64,000 nt of DNA from Eledone cirrhosa (lineage: Eukaryota). Position 1 is the stretch's first letter. Every line of letters begins with the position of its first letter. Shown piece by piece: positions 49,691-61,861 of the stretch. The notes under the pieces are model-generated. The model saw only the letters and a program-made list of their open reading frames with translations. It ran no database searches and had not been told where the DNA came from. A program made the translations under genes and the position numbers. The DNA is taken from assembly GCA_964016885.1 (NCBI GenBank), contig OZ024741.1, positions 190,712,001 to 190,776,000 of the forward strand, written 5' to 3'.

Positions 49691-51299
49691 CAGTACAAAT
49701 TTAGGAAAATTAGGAAAAATGCGGTTTTAGGTATTTTTAATAAAGTTAGGGTAATGAAAATTTAACTACTCATAGAACCTATAATGAGGCATTTAATGAT
49801 ACAATCATATTTAAAAAAAAATAACAAGGAAATAACTCATGAAGAAAAATCAATATTTTTAAAACGCAAAAGTTTACAAAACATTTTATATTTATCGCTT
49901 TTTTTCAAGAAAATTCTTAAATTTTCAGATTTAAAATTCTGTAGAATGTTCTAGATTAGGTTTAAGGTAACTTCTAAGGACTATTAAAAACATTACGTCA
50001 TTATTTGTCTGACAACCATCCTGTAAACATTGACAACCGTCCTGTAAACATTGACAATATGGGGAAAAATAAACTGATTGATCAAGATCTCTGTAAACGC
50101 ATTGTAGACCTTCATACAAATTGTGTTGGTTATAGAAAGATATCTTGGCAGTTAAATGTGCCATTGAGTTCAGTTGGTACTATAATTTGTCACTGGAAAT
50201 CTCATCATTTCATCTGTCCTCTAATTAGTTCTGGTCGTCCTAGAAAGATAACGAAATGTGCAGCTCGGTTATTGACGAGAAAGGTTGGCAACGAACCCCG
50301 GTGTACTCTTAAAAATCTTCAGGATGACCTAGAAGGAAGTGGAGTAAAAGTGAGCACAGATACAATTAGTCGTTCACTTCATCGATATAATATCTTCTCG
50401 AGGTCTCTAAGGAAAACACCACTTCTTACGAGGAAACACATTCTTCGTCGATTAAACTTTGTAAATGAGCATCTCATCAAACCTGCGTCATTTTGGGAAG
50501 ATGTACTTTGGTCGGACGAAACAAAAATTAAACTTTTTGGTCGAAATGCTGTGGCAAAAGTCTGGAGAAAGAAAGGTACTGAATATTCACCGAAGAATAC
50601 TATTCCAACTGTAAAATTTGGAGGTGGATCAATCATGGTCTGGGGTTGCTTTAGTGCCACAGGTGTAGGAAATATTGAAATAATAGAAGGAAGAATGGGT
50701 GGCGTTTATTATAGAGGTATTTTGCAAAGGAATTTACATCAAAGTGCACATTCTCTCAGCTTAAAGCCAGGCTGGTTTTTTCAACAAGATAACGATCCAA
50801 AGCATACTGCAAAGCTAACACAATCTTGATTAAGTATGAATGGAATAAATGTTCTAAAATGGCCAAGTCAGTTTCCAGATCTTAACCTGATCGAAAATTT
50901 GTGGAGAGAACTGAAACTCAGAATTCAAAAAAAGGAAATCCCAAAATATCCCTGAACTAAAGAAAATTTGTTGTGAAGAATGGATAAATATTAGCCAAGA
51001 AACATGCAAGAAGTTTGTAGGAGGCTACTCTGTACACCTACAGGCTGTAATTAGCAGCAAAGGTTACGCTACGAAATATTAAGAGATGATTTAATAAATG
51101 TGTTGTAAACTTTTGCGTTATAAAAATATTGATTTTTCTTCATGAGTTATTTCCTTGTTATTTAAAAAAATATATGATTGTATCATTAGATGCCTCATTA
51201 TATGTTCTATCAGTAGTTAAATTTTCATTACCCTAACTTTATTAAAAATACCTAAAACCGCATTTTTTTTAATGTGTTGTAAACTTTTGTGGGGCACTG
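49691..51299 (+). mobile_element. Tc1-family DNA transposon with long IR/DR-type terminal repeats and TA target duplication
   Basis: TA|CAGT...ACTG|TA ends; ~165-bp inverted repeat (~49716-49881 vs ~51103-51267); direct repeat AATGTGTTGTAAACTTTTG twice in the right TIR; left tip degenerate. Confidence 0.9.
50059..51082 (+). pseudogene. Tc1 transposase with premature TGA (50827-50829) and a frameshift near 50935
   Basis: [54 protein letters not shown]. Confidence 0.9.
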
Positions 51300-51451
51300 T
51301 ATGTGCAGATGAGTGCAGGCATAGCTGTATGGTTAAGAAGTTTCTTTTATAGCCATATCATTTCAGGTTTGATTCCATTGTGCAACACGATTGCCAAATA
51401 TCTTCTATCATAGCCTTGAATCTGGGTAGCAGAAACTGTAAGGAAGCCCAT

Positions 51452-51501
<50 letters not shown>

Positions 51502-51792
51502 TCAAAACAAATAACGAAACGAAATTAAATTTCGTTTCGCTTCTAACTCACTTTTGTATGACTGACGCTTAAACAATTAAGTTAAAGTGTACATCTACAT
51601 ATGTATACGGAAGTATTAGTATGCATATAAATACACACATGTATACATATGTACATGTACTCAGCTTTTCACTAGACACTTTACAGTGAGTGTCAGCTAG
51701 TCTGTATGTAACCACACAGGCGGACCGGGTTTTAGAGTCATACGAGTTTTCAAGGAAACACATTTCCTCTATTCTCCAGAGGGCCAGACAGG

Positions 51793-51837
51793 AATATTGG
51801 ACTAGTTTCGATGTTATTACATCTCATCAGCAATATT
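51793..51837 (-). ncRNA. Minimal type I hammerhead ribozyme, copy 1
   Basis: Minus strand: AATATTG-CTGATGA-GATG(TAATAA)CATC-GAAA-CTAG-TC-CAATATT; canonical core, 7-bp stem I, GUC triplet. Confidence 0.9.
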
Positions 51838-51883
51838 TACCCATCTTCCGGCTTCTCTGGAGAATTGTAAAAGCACATATCGT

Positions 51884-51943
51884 TATATGCTTTTTCTATG
51901 AAAATTAGTAGTGGGTAGACTAACTTGCATAGAACGTGAGTCA
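51884..51943 (-). promoter_or_regulatory. Putative promoter module: TGACTCA, ATGCAAGT (51923-51930), TAATTTTCATAGAAAAAGCATATA (51884-51907); repeated at +469
   Basis: Homologous in order and spacing to 21335-21394. Confidence 0.5.
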
Positions 51944-52261
51944 TTGTACGCACCGGTTCAGCGGAAACGATAAAAACAAATAACGAAACGAAATTAAATT
52001 TCGTTTCGCTTCTAACTCACTTTTGTATGACTGACGCTTAAACAATTAAGTTAAAGTGTACATCTACATATGTATACGGAAGTATTAGTATGCATATAAA
52101 TACACACATGTATACATATGTACATGTACTCAGCTTTTCACTAGACACTTTACAGTGAGTGTCAGCTAGTCTGTATGTAACCACACAGGCGGACCGGGTT
52201 TTAGAGTCATACGAGTTTTCAAGGAAACACATTTCCTCTATTCTCCAGAGGGCCAGACAGG

Positions 52262-52306
52262 AATATTGGACTAGTTTCGATGTTATTACATCTCATCAGC
52301 AATATT
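52262..52306 (-). ncRNA. Minimal type I hammerhead ribozyme, copy 2
   Basis: Identical to 51793-51837. Confidence 0.9.
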
Positions 52307-52659
52307 TACCCATCTTCCGGCTTCTCTGGAGAATTGTAAAAGCACATATCGTTATATGCTTTTTCTATGAAAATTAGTAGTGGGTAGACTAACTTGCATA
52401 GAACGTGAGTCATTGTACGCACCGGTTCAGCGGAAACGATAAAAACAAATAACGAAACGAAATTAAATTTCGTTTCGCTTCTAACTCACTTTTGTATGAC
52501 TGACGCTTAAACAATTAAGTTAAAGTGTACATCTACATATGTATACGGAAGTATTAGTATGCATATAAATACACACATGTATACATATGTACATGTACTC
52601 AGCTTTTCACTAGACACTTTACAGTGAGTGTCAGCTAGTCTGTATGTAACCATATATAT

Positions 52660-52987
52660 CATCATTTTATGTCTGCTTTTCCCTGCTTGCAAGGGTGGGA
52701 CGGGAACTGATTTGGCTTGATTTCTACAGCTGGATACCCTTCCTAACACCAACCTCATTTACAGTGAGTGCTGGGTGCTTTTTTGCTGTGGCACCTCCAC
52801 GACCACTTTGCAGTGGAATGATATGGACCCCAGTCCCTATCATCTCATTTCTACAGCTGAGTAAACTGGAGCAATGTGAAATAAAGTGTCTTGCACAAGG
52901 AAACAACACATCACCCGGTCTGAGAATTGAACTCACAACCTTTCGATTGCAAGGCTAATGCTCTAACCACTAAACCATGTGCTTCCA
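52660..52987 (-). mobile_element. SINE family 2 (tRNA head, CORE-like domain, RTE-like tail); near-identical copies at 61541-61853 and 63257-63599
   Basis: Head TGG(C/T)TTAGTGGTTAGAGCA...G(A)GTTCAATTC, CORE-like block, (ATG)n tail; the copies give the same spurious ORF. Confidence 0.85.
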
Positions 52988-53269
52988 TATATATATATTG
53001 TTATACTTTGGGAGGGTCATGTTGCCAATAAAAACACACGCACCTGTTGGTTTTCACTTCAATTTATTATAATTTTCCAGCTGGTTGGTTCAACAACCAG
53101 ATGGTTGTTCATATATTTTCAAAGCTCTTTCATCACAGATTCTGTGATCTTCGAAGTAGTCGCTGCCTGATTCCTTCCCTTCACTGACTCTGAGTGAAGA
53201 TTACTATTGTAATGGCGATCTCATACCAAGACAGGCAGGCACTAACTTGTTCCAAAGAGGTTAATTTTC

Positions 53270-53400
53270 CTCACTGATGAAGCTGCCCTTGGCCAGAATT
53301 ACATAAGGCTTAATAGCATTACCTAATTTTCTGTGAATGCCAGCTCCATATAGACTATCACCAACAGATAGAGTAGTGGAAATTAATTAATTAGTCTGGG
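53270..53400 (+). ncRNA. HHR-like motif with ~98-nt stem II in a pLTR fragment
   Basis: CTCA-CTGATGA-AGCTGCCCT...AGAGTAGTG-GAAA-TTAATTAATTAG-TC-TGGG. Confidence 0.55.
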
Positions 53401-53852
53401 AAGAAGAAATCTAATTCTCTATCCTCACAAAACCGTCCTTCTCACTATTTAACGAATTAGTGTGCAGTTTGTTTTCATTTGGGTTGGTATCTTAAAGATA
53501 CTAGCTTAATTAAAACATTGAGTAAGTGGGAAGGTGATTGAAGATTTTTTGGTCATATCCGATGATTTCGTTTCAATATTATATATATGTATATGTCTTG
53601 TAACTGGATTTCGAAGGGCCAACCTCGTCATATTCTGTGTCATGCTGAATCTCCCTAAGCATGTCTGTGGAATACTCAGCCACTTGCACATTATAATACT
53701 CAGCCAATTTCACGAGCAGGCTGTTCCGTTGATCGTATCAACTGGAACACTTGTCATCGTAACCGATGGAGTGCCAGTTAAAGTTAAAGTTGGTGTATCT
53801 CACACAAAATGCATACCTAAAACCAATACTGCTTTGAACTGCAGCTATAAAA

Positions 53853-54180
53853 CGTAGACGAGTTGAGAAAGAAACTGGGTATAAGAGGGATAAGTTGTGG
53901 TGTGCAGGAGAGAAGGCTGAGATGGTATGGACATGTGATGTGCATGGAGGATGACCGCTGGGTAAAGATGTGCCAAGAAATCCTAGTAGAAGGAAGACGC
54001 AGTAGAGGAAGACCATGAAAAACATGGGTGGAGGTGGTGAGAGCATACCTCAGATCGCTGAAACTCACCGAGGAGATGACGAAGGACCGTGACAAGTGGA
54101 GAGATGTTGTGCTGAATAGGACCCGTCCAACCCTTGCAAGCAGGGAAAAGCGGATGTAAAATGATGATCATGATGATGAT
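53853..54180 (+). mobile_element. RTE-like LINE 3' end, candidate partner of SINE family 2
   Basis: DELRKKLGIRGISCGVQERRLRWYGHV...GRP; 3' end CCCTTGCAAGCAGGGAAAAGCGGA..(ATG)n shared with the SINE. Confidence 0.8.
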
Positions 54181-54258
54181 ATATATATAAGAAAATGCGG
54201 GTTTTTTTTATTAAAAAAACAAAGAAAAAAAAAACGAGATGACCTACTTGGGTGAAAG

Positions 54259-54513
54259 TATAAGGAAAAGAAATTGAAAATGCAACTGGAGCCTTTTAAG
54301 AATATTTATTTATTTACTTTACCGGTTTCACAGTTTTTATGTTTTTCAAAGGTAAAATTGAGATGGAGGGTTTGTGTTTCTACACAACCAACAGAAACAC
54401 AAACCCTCCATCTCAATTTTACCTTTGAAAAACATAAGAACTGTGAAACCAGTAAAGTAAATAAATAAATATTCTTAAACGACTCCAGCTGCATTTTCAA
54501 TTTCTTTTGCTTA
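54259..54513. repeat. ~255-bp near-perfect palindrome (pLTR fold-back with the HHR 3' half only)
   Basis: Arms of ~120 bp around ~54385 (mirror ORFs in the track); GAAA-CC(G/A)G-TA followed by AATAAA. Confidence 0.85.
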
Positions 54514-55732
54514 TATATATATATATATGTATATGTATATGTGTGTGTGTGTAAGTATTTGCATTAAACATGCATGTGCATGTGAATAGCTGTCTATCCA
54601 CACATATAGCTTCATATGGATAATAGTTAAAACAAGTGGTGACATTTGTTTGTCTTACAGCTATGTTGTTGTTTAATGAAGATGAGCAGTATATGCCAAC
54701 ACATTAATTTTAACTTTAAAAAAATAAAGTATAAGTTGCTATCAGGAAGGGTACCCAGTCATAGAATACTGCATTGAAAAATTTCTTCCAACACATGTTG
54801 GCATGAAAAAGCAGACATAAAAACAATCATTAAGTATAGTTTGTACACTGTTGATTTCCCTTCGTACCTAGAGCCAGTAGGGTTCATTACAACCTTCCCA
54901 TTCCAAAATAGCAATATTCTCATCTGAGGAGCAACATGTAATGACATTTTTGTTTTTATCAGCAACTGGTGCATTCAGTGACAGACTCAGGTTTTGTTGC
55001 TGACAAGCTGATGATTGCCACTTTCTGATAGAAACTGTAATGGTGAAGACTTGGCATTGTTGGTCCTTGTGTCACCTCTCTACTCCCTGCTATTGGAGCA
55101 GAGTTTGCCACCCATAGGAGTAAGTTGGAGTGGCTATTTCAATGTATTTCCTTCACTATGCTCTGGGGTAATGCTTTCTCCATTCTGTTTACTGGTACTA
55201 TGTGGTAGCTTAGCCCTGGGCTCCCGTACATCAGAGAACATTCTTCCACACTGCTTGGGCTTATATCATTGAGGTAGCAATGGTATAGGTTGCCTATATC
55301 TATGACATTCGTCAACACATAAACACAGGCTTAATAAGGACAATTAGATAATACAAACTATAGAGAAATTTAAATAAAGTATTTATCATTTTTTAAGTTA
55401 AAATAAACCAAAATTTAAAACAATGAATAAGTTCCTTATTCACTGCAAAAAGTGATCACAATACTTGTATGAAACCCAACACTGACGCTAAAGTAGAATT
55501 ACTTTTAAGCAACTCCTCTCAACCCAATTCTTATAAATTTCTCTGTTTTGACCACCCACCACTTAAATTTCTATTCAAGCAGTGTTTACTAGGATCTACA
55601 GTGGTTGTTGTTGTGAGATCAAATTTGATAAACTGACATTACTGAAGTGGAAGCATATGAGATAACTATTTCATTGTCACACATCTAATTTTAGCTTCCT
55701 TATTTTCTCTTTGATTACCCAAATTGTACTTT

Positions 55733-55765
<33 letters not shown>

Positions 55766-56449
55766 ATATATGTATGTATGACAAAGGGTGGAAGAACTCA
55801 TAAGAGTCAACAACCATCCGAAAGTGTGTAAATATATATATACACATGTACCGCGCGGTTAAACCACTGGGAGTGAAGGACCCCTAACCTTTGTCAGGGC
55901 ATTCTTCTAGGAGAAGGCAACTCAGGAAACTGGGATAACTCCGATATAAAACCTACGGCTCAGTAGTTACCGATGATGTTGATCTTTTCTTCTTTTCAGG
56001 TTATAGCTACTGTCGCTCAGAGAGTGGGATTGGCTCAGTGCACATTCTTTCTTCACTTTAAAAAATATCTTTACGCACAGGCATTGCACAATAGAATAAT
56101 TAATAATTATTAATAAGGGTATGTCGTGCAATGGCCATACTTGATAATGAGGGGGCAGCCATCATGTATGTATGTATGTATGTATATATATATATATATA
56201 TAAATATATATATGTATATATGTATATATGTATGTATGTATGTTCTTCTGGTTATATAATTTCACTAATAGAGAGAGTCGGTTTCTAACATAGATACAAA
56301 ACTCTCTCATTGGAATTTACATAACATCAACTAGGTAGATATGTATGCATGCATGTGTGTGCAGGTATGAATGTTATTGTATGTGTGGATGTATATGTTT
56401 TGAGTTATATGGGTGCATTGTATCTGTATATGTGTACATGGAGTTATTA

Positions 56450-56800
56450 GATTCAGAATTTTTGGAATGTTTTACATATTTTTCCTGTTCCATTAATGGA
56501 TTGTACTTGTAATTTTCTAACTAGTTGTGTTCTTTCTGTTCCTGTGAAGCCCAGTTTCTCAAGATTTGTATTGAGACAGTTACTGACATATCCCAAAGCC
56601 TCAATAATCACAGGTATCAATCTGGAGGTGTAGTCAGGGTGGGGTATCTGCAGATTTCTCATCAGTTCTGCATAAATATTCTCCTTTTCGCTAATCTTTA
56701 ATATTATATTGGCACCTGCTGGGCAGCTAACTTCCACTACTGTACATGTCTTCTTTTACTTGTCCCATATCATTATATCTGGTCTGTTATGCCTACATTT
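56450..56800 (-). mobile_element. RLE-type LINE 3' fragment
   Basis: RPDI....VVEVSCPA...EKENIYAEL...PVIIEALG. Confidence 0.65.
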
Positions 56801-57106
56801 TATTGGGGGTTTTTACTGGAACATTCCACCAGTACTCTTTCATATGTATGTATACATGCTTGCTTTCTATAACCTCCTCATTTTTCATCTCTCTTTTTCC
56901 CTCTCTCTCCCACTCTCTATTCGATTTGTGGTTATATCTTAAACCCCCAACTTTTTTCTATACAAATAGTATGCAGCTGTTTAAGGCTACCTTCCGCGCT
57001 GAGAATACTCAAATTTTACGAATATTCATTTACATTCATCGCTTCAAACCTTTCCAATTAATGTTTTATATATATATTTCGGGATTGTTTTTTTTATAAT
57101 TATTAT

Positions 57107-58915
57107 AAGGTGCTAGCAAAGGGGTTGGCACTTGTCGTCGGTGGTCTGGTGGGAGAGGCGCAGACATGCGCCATTCCAGACACATCCATCCATGACAACC
57201 TCCACCTCATGCGATACGTCGTAGAGAGGGTAGCTGGCATGGGTGGGTCTTTGATCAATTTAGATCAGTCGAAAGCTTTCAATAGGGTCGACCATCATTA
57301 TCTGGCAGCAGTCCTGAGGGCGACTGGCTTTGGGCCTGTCTTCAGAGGTTGGATTGCTGCCATGCACAGCAACATCTGCTCTGTGATGGGAGTGAATGGT
57401 CATCCTTTGAAACCGTTCAACATCATGCGCTCAGTCCGCCAAGGATGTCCCCTCTCGTCCCTCTTGTACGTATTGACTCTCAAGCCATTACTGCACAAAC
57501 TTGAGACATTGAGGGGGGTCCCATGCGAACTGGGATGTGGAAGAACCGTGTCAGCATATGCCAACGACGTCGCCGTAGTGGTGTCGAATGCCAAACACAT
57601 TGAGGCAATCAGCAGTACACTAAGAGAATAGGAGGCGGTGACAGGAGCAATGATCAACCAGGAAAAGTCGGTGGGCCTGTAACTCGGCACCTGGAGAGGC
57701 AGGTCCATGCTGCCCAACAGCGTCGTCAGGCGCTGGACGGACGGACTGGTTAAATTGCTAGGGGTCTGGTTTGGTCCAGGACCTCCAGATGGACAAAAAC
57801 TGGGACGAGGTGATGAGCAGGATGGCCTCTCTCACCCATAAATGGGCTGAGAGGAAGCTATCCCTGAAAAGTTGAGTGGAGGTGGCGAATGGGTACATCG
57901 CGTCCGTCATATACTACTGCCTGACCATCATGCCTTATACTAAGCCTCGCCTGATTACAGTGCAGTGTTTGCTCTTTCGCTTTTTGTGGAAGGAACGTGC
58001 ACCGATGGTCAGGCGGTCCATCTGCTGTCAACACCCTCTACGTGGAGGGCTGAGCATGCTGTGGCTGATGATGCGCAGATATGCGCTCAGGCTATGGCAT
58101 CTCCACCTCTTCCTCGACGGTGATCAGGTGTGGTCGACGTTTGCTAGACGCATCTTTCCCCAGCTCATCTTCTTGATGGAGCTGCAGTCCTGGGTCAAGC
58201 GAAGACCGAGAGGGAGCACTTGGAGACTGGAATGTCTTCCGGATCTTATAGCCCTCGACCAGCTGAGCAATGCGATCGGTGGAAACTCCATCTTGGCATT
58301 CTATAGAGGGTTTGTGGAGGGAAAGAGCGACGACGTCCTTGGGGAGACTCTTGGCATCGAGGAAAATCAACTAGCCAATCTCTTCAGGAGAACTTTTGGG
58401 CCAGGGCCCATGGACAACTTACAGAAATCCCTGGCCTGGCAATGCTACCAAGGAGCCTTGACAGTTTAGGATAAATTCTACAGGCATGGAAGCGCCGTTA
58501 GCTGGGCCTGTCCGAGATGCATGCAGGGAGATGAAACCGGCCTGCATGCACTCGTCCAGTGTCCGAGCATTGCTGACTTGCGGGTTTATGTCAAACACCT
58601 GCTGTCGTGTGTAGGACGGATCCGGCTATCAGCTGAGTCCACCGTGAGGATTGCCCCGCCGCTTCCTTTAGCCGAGAAGAGCAGGCAATTTTTATTTGCC
58701 TGATGATCATGGTAAAAGAGATTGTATGGTGGACACGTCTGAAAGGGTTGAAGACAGGTACTTTCCTCTTCGGCAATTTCCTCATTAACTTTTTCAGGTT
58801 TCACCTGAAAAGGAAAATCAGGGTGGAGAGGGAAGTGTTGCCTTCCAGCCAGTTTGTTGAAAGGTGGGTGAGAGAGGCAAGAATGGCCCGTGTGAATGAG
58901 CCTACCCTGAGCTTT
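57107..58915 (+). mobile_element. Tx1/L1-clade LINE RT to C-terminus (degenerate)
   Basis: QTCAIP..SIHDN, LDQSKAFNRVDH, SVRQGCPLS, AYAND, LLFRFLWK, C..C...ET..HALVQC. Confidence 0.85.
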
Positions 58916-58929
58916 GGGATAAGTAATCA

Positions 58930-59900
58930 TTAGACTCCTTAGGTATCATTCCTAGAGCGCCTACAACCACTGGTATTGTTTTAGTTCTCAACTTCTACAA
59001 TTTTCCAATTTCTATCTCCAGGTCCTTATACTTGCTCAATTTTTCAAATGTTTTTATAGATACATTCTTGTCTATTGGAGCGGACATATCAATTAGCAGG
59101 CATACCCCCTTTTTAAAGTCCTTCAGTATTATATCAGGTCTATTTGCATCTATTTTTCGGTCTGTTTGGATGCTAAAGTTCCACAAGATTGAGATGTGAT
59201 CTTTTTCAAGTACGGGAGGTGGTTGATGCTCCCACCAATTCTTTTGATGGGGCAGGTCAAAATGCTTACACATTATCCAATGTATGTATTGTGCAGCTCT
59301 GTCGTGCCTGTTTAGGTATTCGGTTGGAGCTACAGGACTGCACATTGAAATTATATGATCAATGATCTCTGGTTGTTTTTTACATACACGGCATAATGGG
59401 TTGCAACCATTTTTTATTATGTTGGCTTGATAATTTTTTGTTGGCAGACACTGATCTTGTGCTGATATAATCAGTCCTTCAGTCTCCAATTTCAGTCCAG
59501 AGGTTGCCAACCACTGATGGATTAAAGTTTTGTCAACATCAGGATTGTTAGCTTTTTCTGGGTATTTTCCATACAGAGGCTTTTCTTGCCATTTCTTAGC
59601 CAGTTTCTGTAGCAGTTCTTTCTTTGCAGTTACTTTTACTTACTTTGCTTTTTCTGTGTATTTGTAGTTTACTATATCTTTTTTGTAATGGAGTATGATC
59701 TTTTGATGCTTTCATGTTTCAAAACGAGTTTGATCATCCAATCATGTGCCTGCCTTAGATATGTAGATAATCCAATTGTTACAGTTTTTAAAGCAATATC
59801 TAACTGGATTAATCCACGTCCTCCTTCTTTCCTAGGGAGATATATTCTATTTGTATCTGCCTTAGGGTGATGCATTCCGTGCATGGTTAAGAATTTTTCT
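58930..59900 (-). mobile_element. R4/Dong-like LINE fragment (different family)
   Basis: RIYLPRKEGGRGL, ETEGLIISAQDQ, CRVCKKQPEIIDHIISMC, NRPDII...IDM...EKLSKYKDL. Confidence 0.85.
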
Positions 59901-59907
59901 AATTATT

Positions 59908-59939
<32 letters not shown>

Positions 59940-59945
59940 TATATA

Positions 59946-60831
59946 CAGGGTGCGGACGATATTTGTTCGCAAGATTACTGTCTAGGAAAAAATAACACAG
60001 TAGTTTCATTTTTTAAGATTTATTTATCAAACCTGGGTTAGTTTGTCTTCATGACGTGTTCTTTCGATCTCACTTGATAAACCTGCCATTGGCTTTGATG
60101 ACGGCCTCAAGGCGGCCTCAGAACCGGCTACAGGCCTTCGTCACTGTCCCTGACTTAGGCCCCTAAAGGCACTTGTGATCCTGGCCTTCAGATCATCTTT
60201 TGTATTGCAGCTAGATCTGTTGGTGTCTCGTTCCACTGTGCCCCACACAAAGAAGTTGAGGGGGTTGCAGTCAGGCGAGCTGGGAGGCCAGATGTCAGGT
60301 GAAGTGTGGTCGACGAAGTTCTCTGACAGCCAGGCTTGGGTCTTTTGGCTGGTATGGCAGGGTGATGAGTCTTGCTGCCACACGTACGGCCTACCTGCAG
60401 CTACCTGGTCTATCCAGGGCTTTACTACCTCGCTCAGAATGCGGATGCAGCCATCGGTGTTCAGCTTGAGGCCCTCAGGGAAGGAGTGAGGTGGCATGAC
60501 GTCACCTTGACTGCTGACGACACCTAAGACCAATGTTGTCGCTGGAAACTTTGTCTGCATGACTCTGGGCACGTCTTTGGCTGAGACAGCGAGCCACCTG
60601 TTGTTCTGGGAGTTGATCTTCTGGTCTTATTTGTCCTCCCGGTTCAGATTCCAAGAAGAACTCCGTGTCTCTTCCACAAATTTGGAGGTTCAAAATTATT
60701 CGTAATCAATTATTCTGAAAATAAATAATGGAAATATAGTCAGTTTTTATGAAGACAAGAGTGACAACGGAAGTAAAAAAAATTTGCATAAAATTAGCAG
60801 TTGAAAATTGCGAACAGATATTGTCCACACC

Positions 60832-60834
<3 letters not shown>
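59946..60834 (-). mobile_element. Internally deleted Tc1/mariner element, maT/DD37D-like, 27-bp TIRs, in (TA)n
   Basis: CAGGGTGCGGACGATATTTGTTCGCAA / TTGCGAACAGATATTGTCCACACCCTG; ORF 60141-60572 with WQQDSSPCH and WPPSSPDCNPLNFFVW. Confidence 0.85.
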
Positions 60835-60901
<67 letters not shown>

Positions 60902-61051
60902 ATACTTTGGGAGGGTCATGTTGCCAATAAGAAACACACGCACCAGTTGCTTTCACTTCAATTTATTATATATTTATAAATTTATAAGTTTATAAATCTA
61001 TAAATTTCTGGTTGGTTGGTTGGTTCCACAACCAGATAGTTGCTTATATAT

Positions 61052-61096
61052 AGTCATAGTTCTTTCGTCACACACTCTGTGACCTCTTCAGTGACT
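61052..61096 (-). ncRNA. Type I HHR in a pLTR (~60897-61190); decayed copies at 62024-62066 and ~53115-53155
   Basis: Minus strand: AGTCA-CTGAAGA-G-GTCACA(GAGTG)TGTGAC-GAAA-GAAC-TA-TGACT. Confidence 0.7.
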
Positions 61097-61861
61097 GGGG
61101 ATTCCTTTCTTTGTTTCTGTGCCTCTCCTTTGTTCTGTCCTATGCCATTTTGTTTCTGTGTGTGTGTTGTGTGCTCAGTCTGCGATAAGTTAACAGAGCC
61201 ATAGACTCTTGTTATTCCCTGTAAATTATGTGCTCAAAGGAAATGGAATCCTGAGCTCTTTAAAATACAATATGTTGAAAGGGTAACACACTAGAGAGAG
61301 AGATCTCTGGCGAAACAGATCTCTTTGGATTTGTATGCGTGTGTTATATAGTTATAGAGGTGCGTATATACATTTTAATTTATATTTTTAATTATTGTGT
61401 GTCTACCCTGCCTTCCATAGGTTATAGACTCCATACACTGGTGGTTTTACCTGTTTTATTGATGGCACACTATCTCTCTCTCTCTCTAGTGTGTTACCTT
61501 TTCAACATATTGTATATATATATATATATATATTTTCATTTCATTTTTTACGCCCGCTTTTCCCTGCTTGCAAGGGTGGGATGGGAACTGATTCTGGCTT
61601 GATTTCTACAGCTGGATGCCCTTCCTAACACCAACCTCATTTACAGTGAGTGCTGGGTGCTTTTTTGCCGTGGCACCTCCATGACCACTTTGCAGTGGAA
61701 TGATATGGACCCCAGTCCCTATCATCTCATTTCTACAGCTGAGTAAACTGGAGCAATGTGAAATAAAGTGTCTTGCTCAAGGAAACAACACATCACCCGG
61801 TCTGAGAATTGAACTCACAACCTTTCGATTGCAAGCCCAATGCTCTAACCACTAATAATTC

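Larger units (their letters stand above)
51504..52652 (-). mobile_element. Non-coding HHR tandem repeat (retrozyme/satellite-2-like), 469-bp monomer, ~2.45 copies
   Basis: Units begin at 51504, 51973 and 52442 and look identical (duplicate ORFs offset by 469). One HHR per full unit; (TA)n at the 3' end. Confidence 0.9.

Noticed and set aside
51504-52652. CRISPR-like array
   Set aside because: Eukaryotic context, whole units repeat with no unique spacers, and no cas genes.
51569-52758. Repeated 64-83 aa ORFs in the 469-bp array (and 66-112 aa ORFs in the 466-bp array)
   Set aside because: Not conserved between the two families and partly low-complexity; conservation is in nucleotide and RNA motifs.
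55985-56030. Strong acceptor-like TTTTCTTCTTTTCAG|GT as the next PLAT exon
   Set aside because: Downstream translation shows no PLAT motif and the context looks like repeat-derived sequence.
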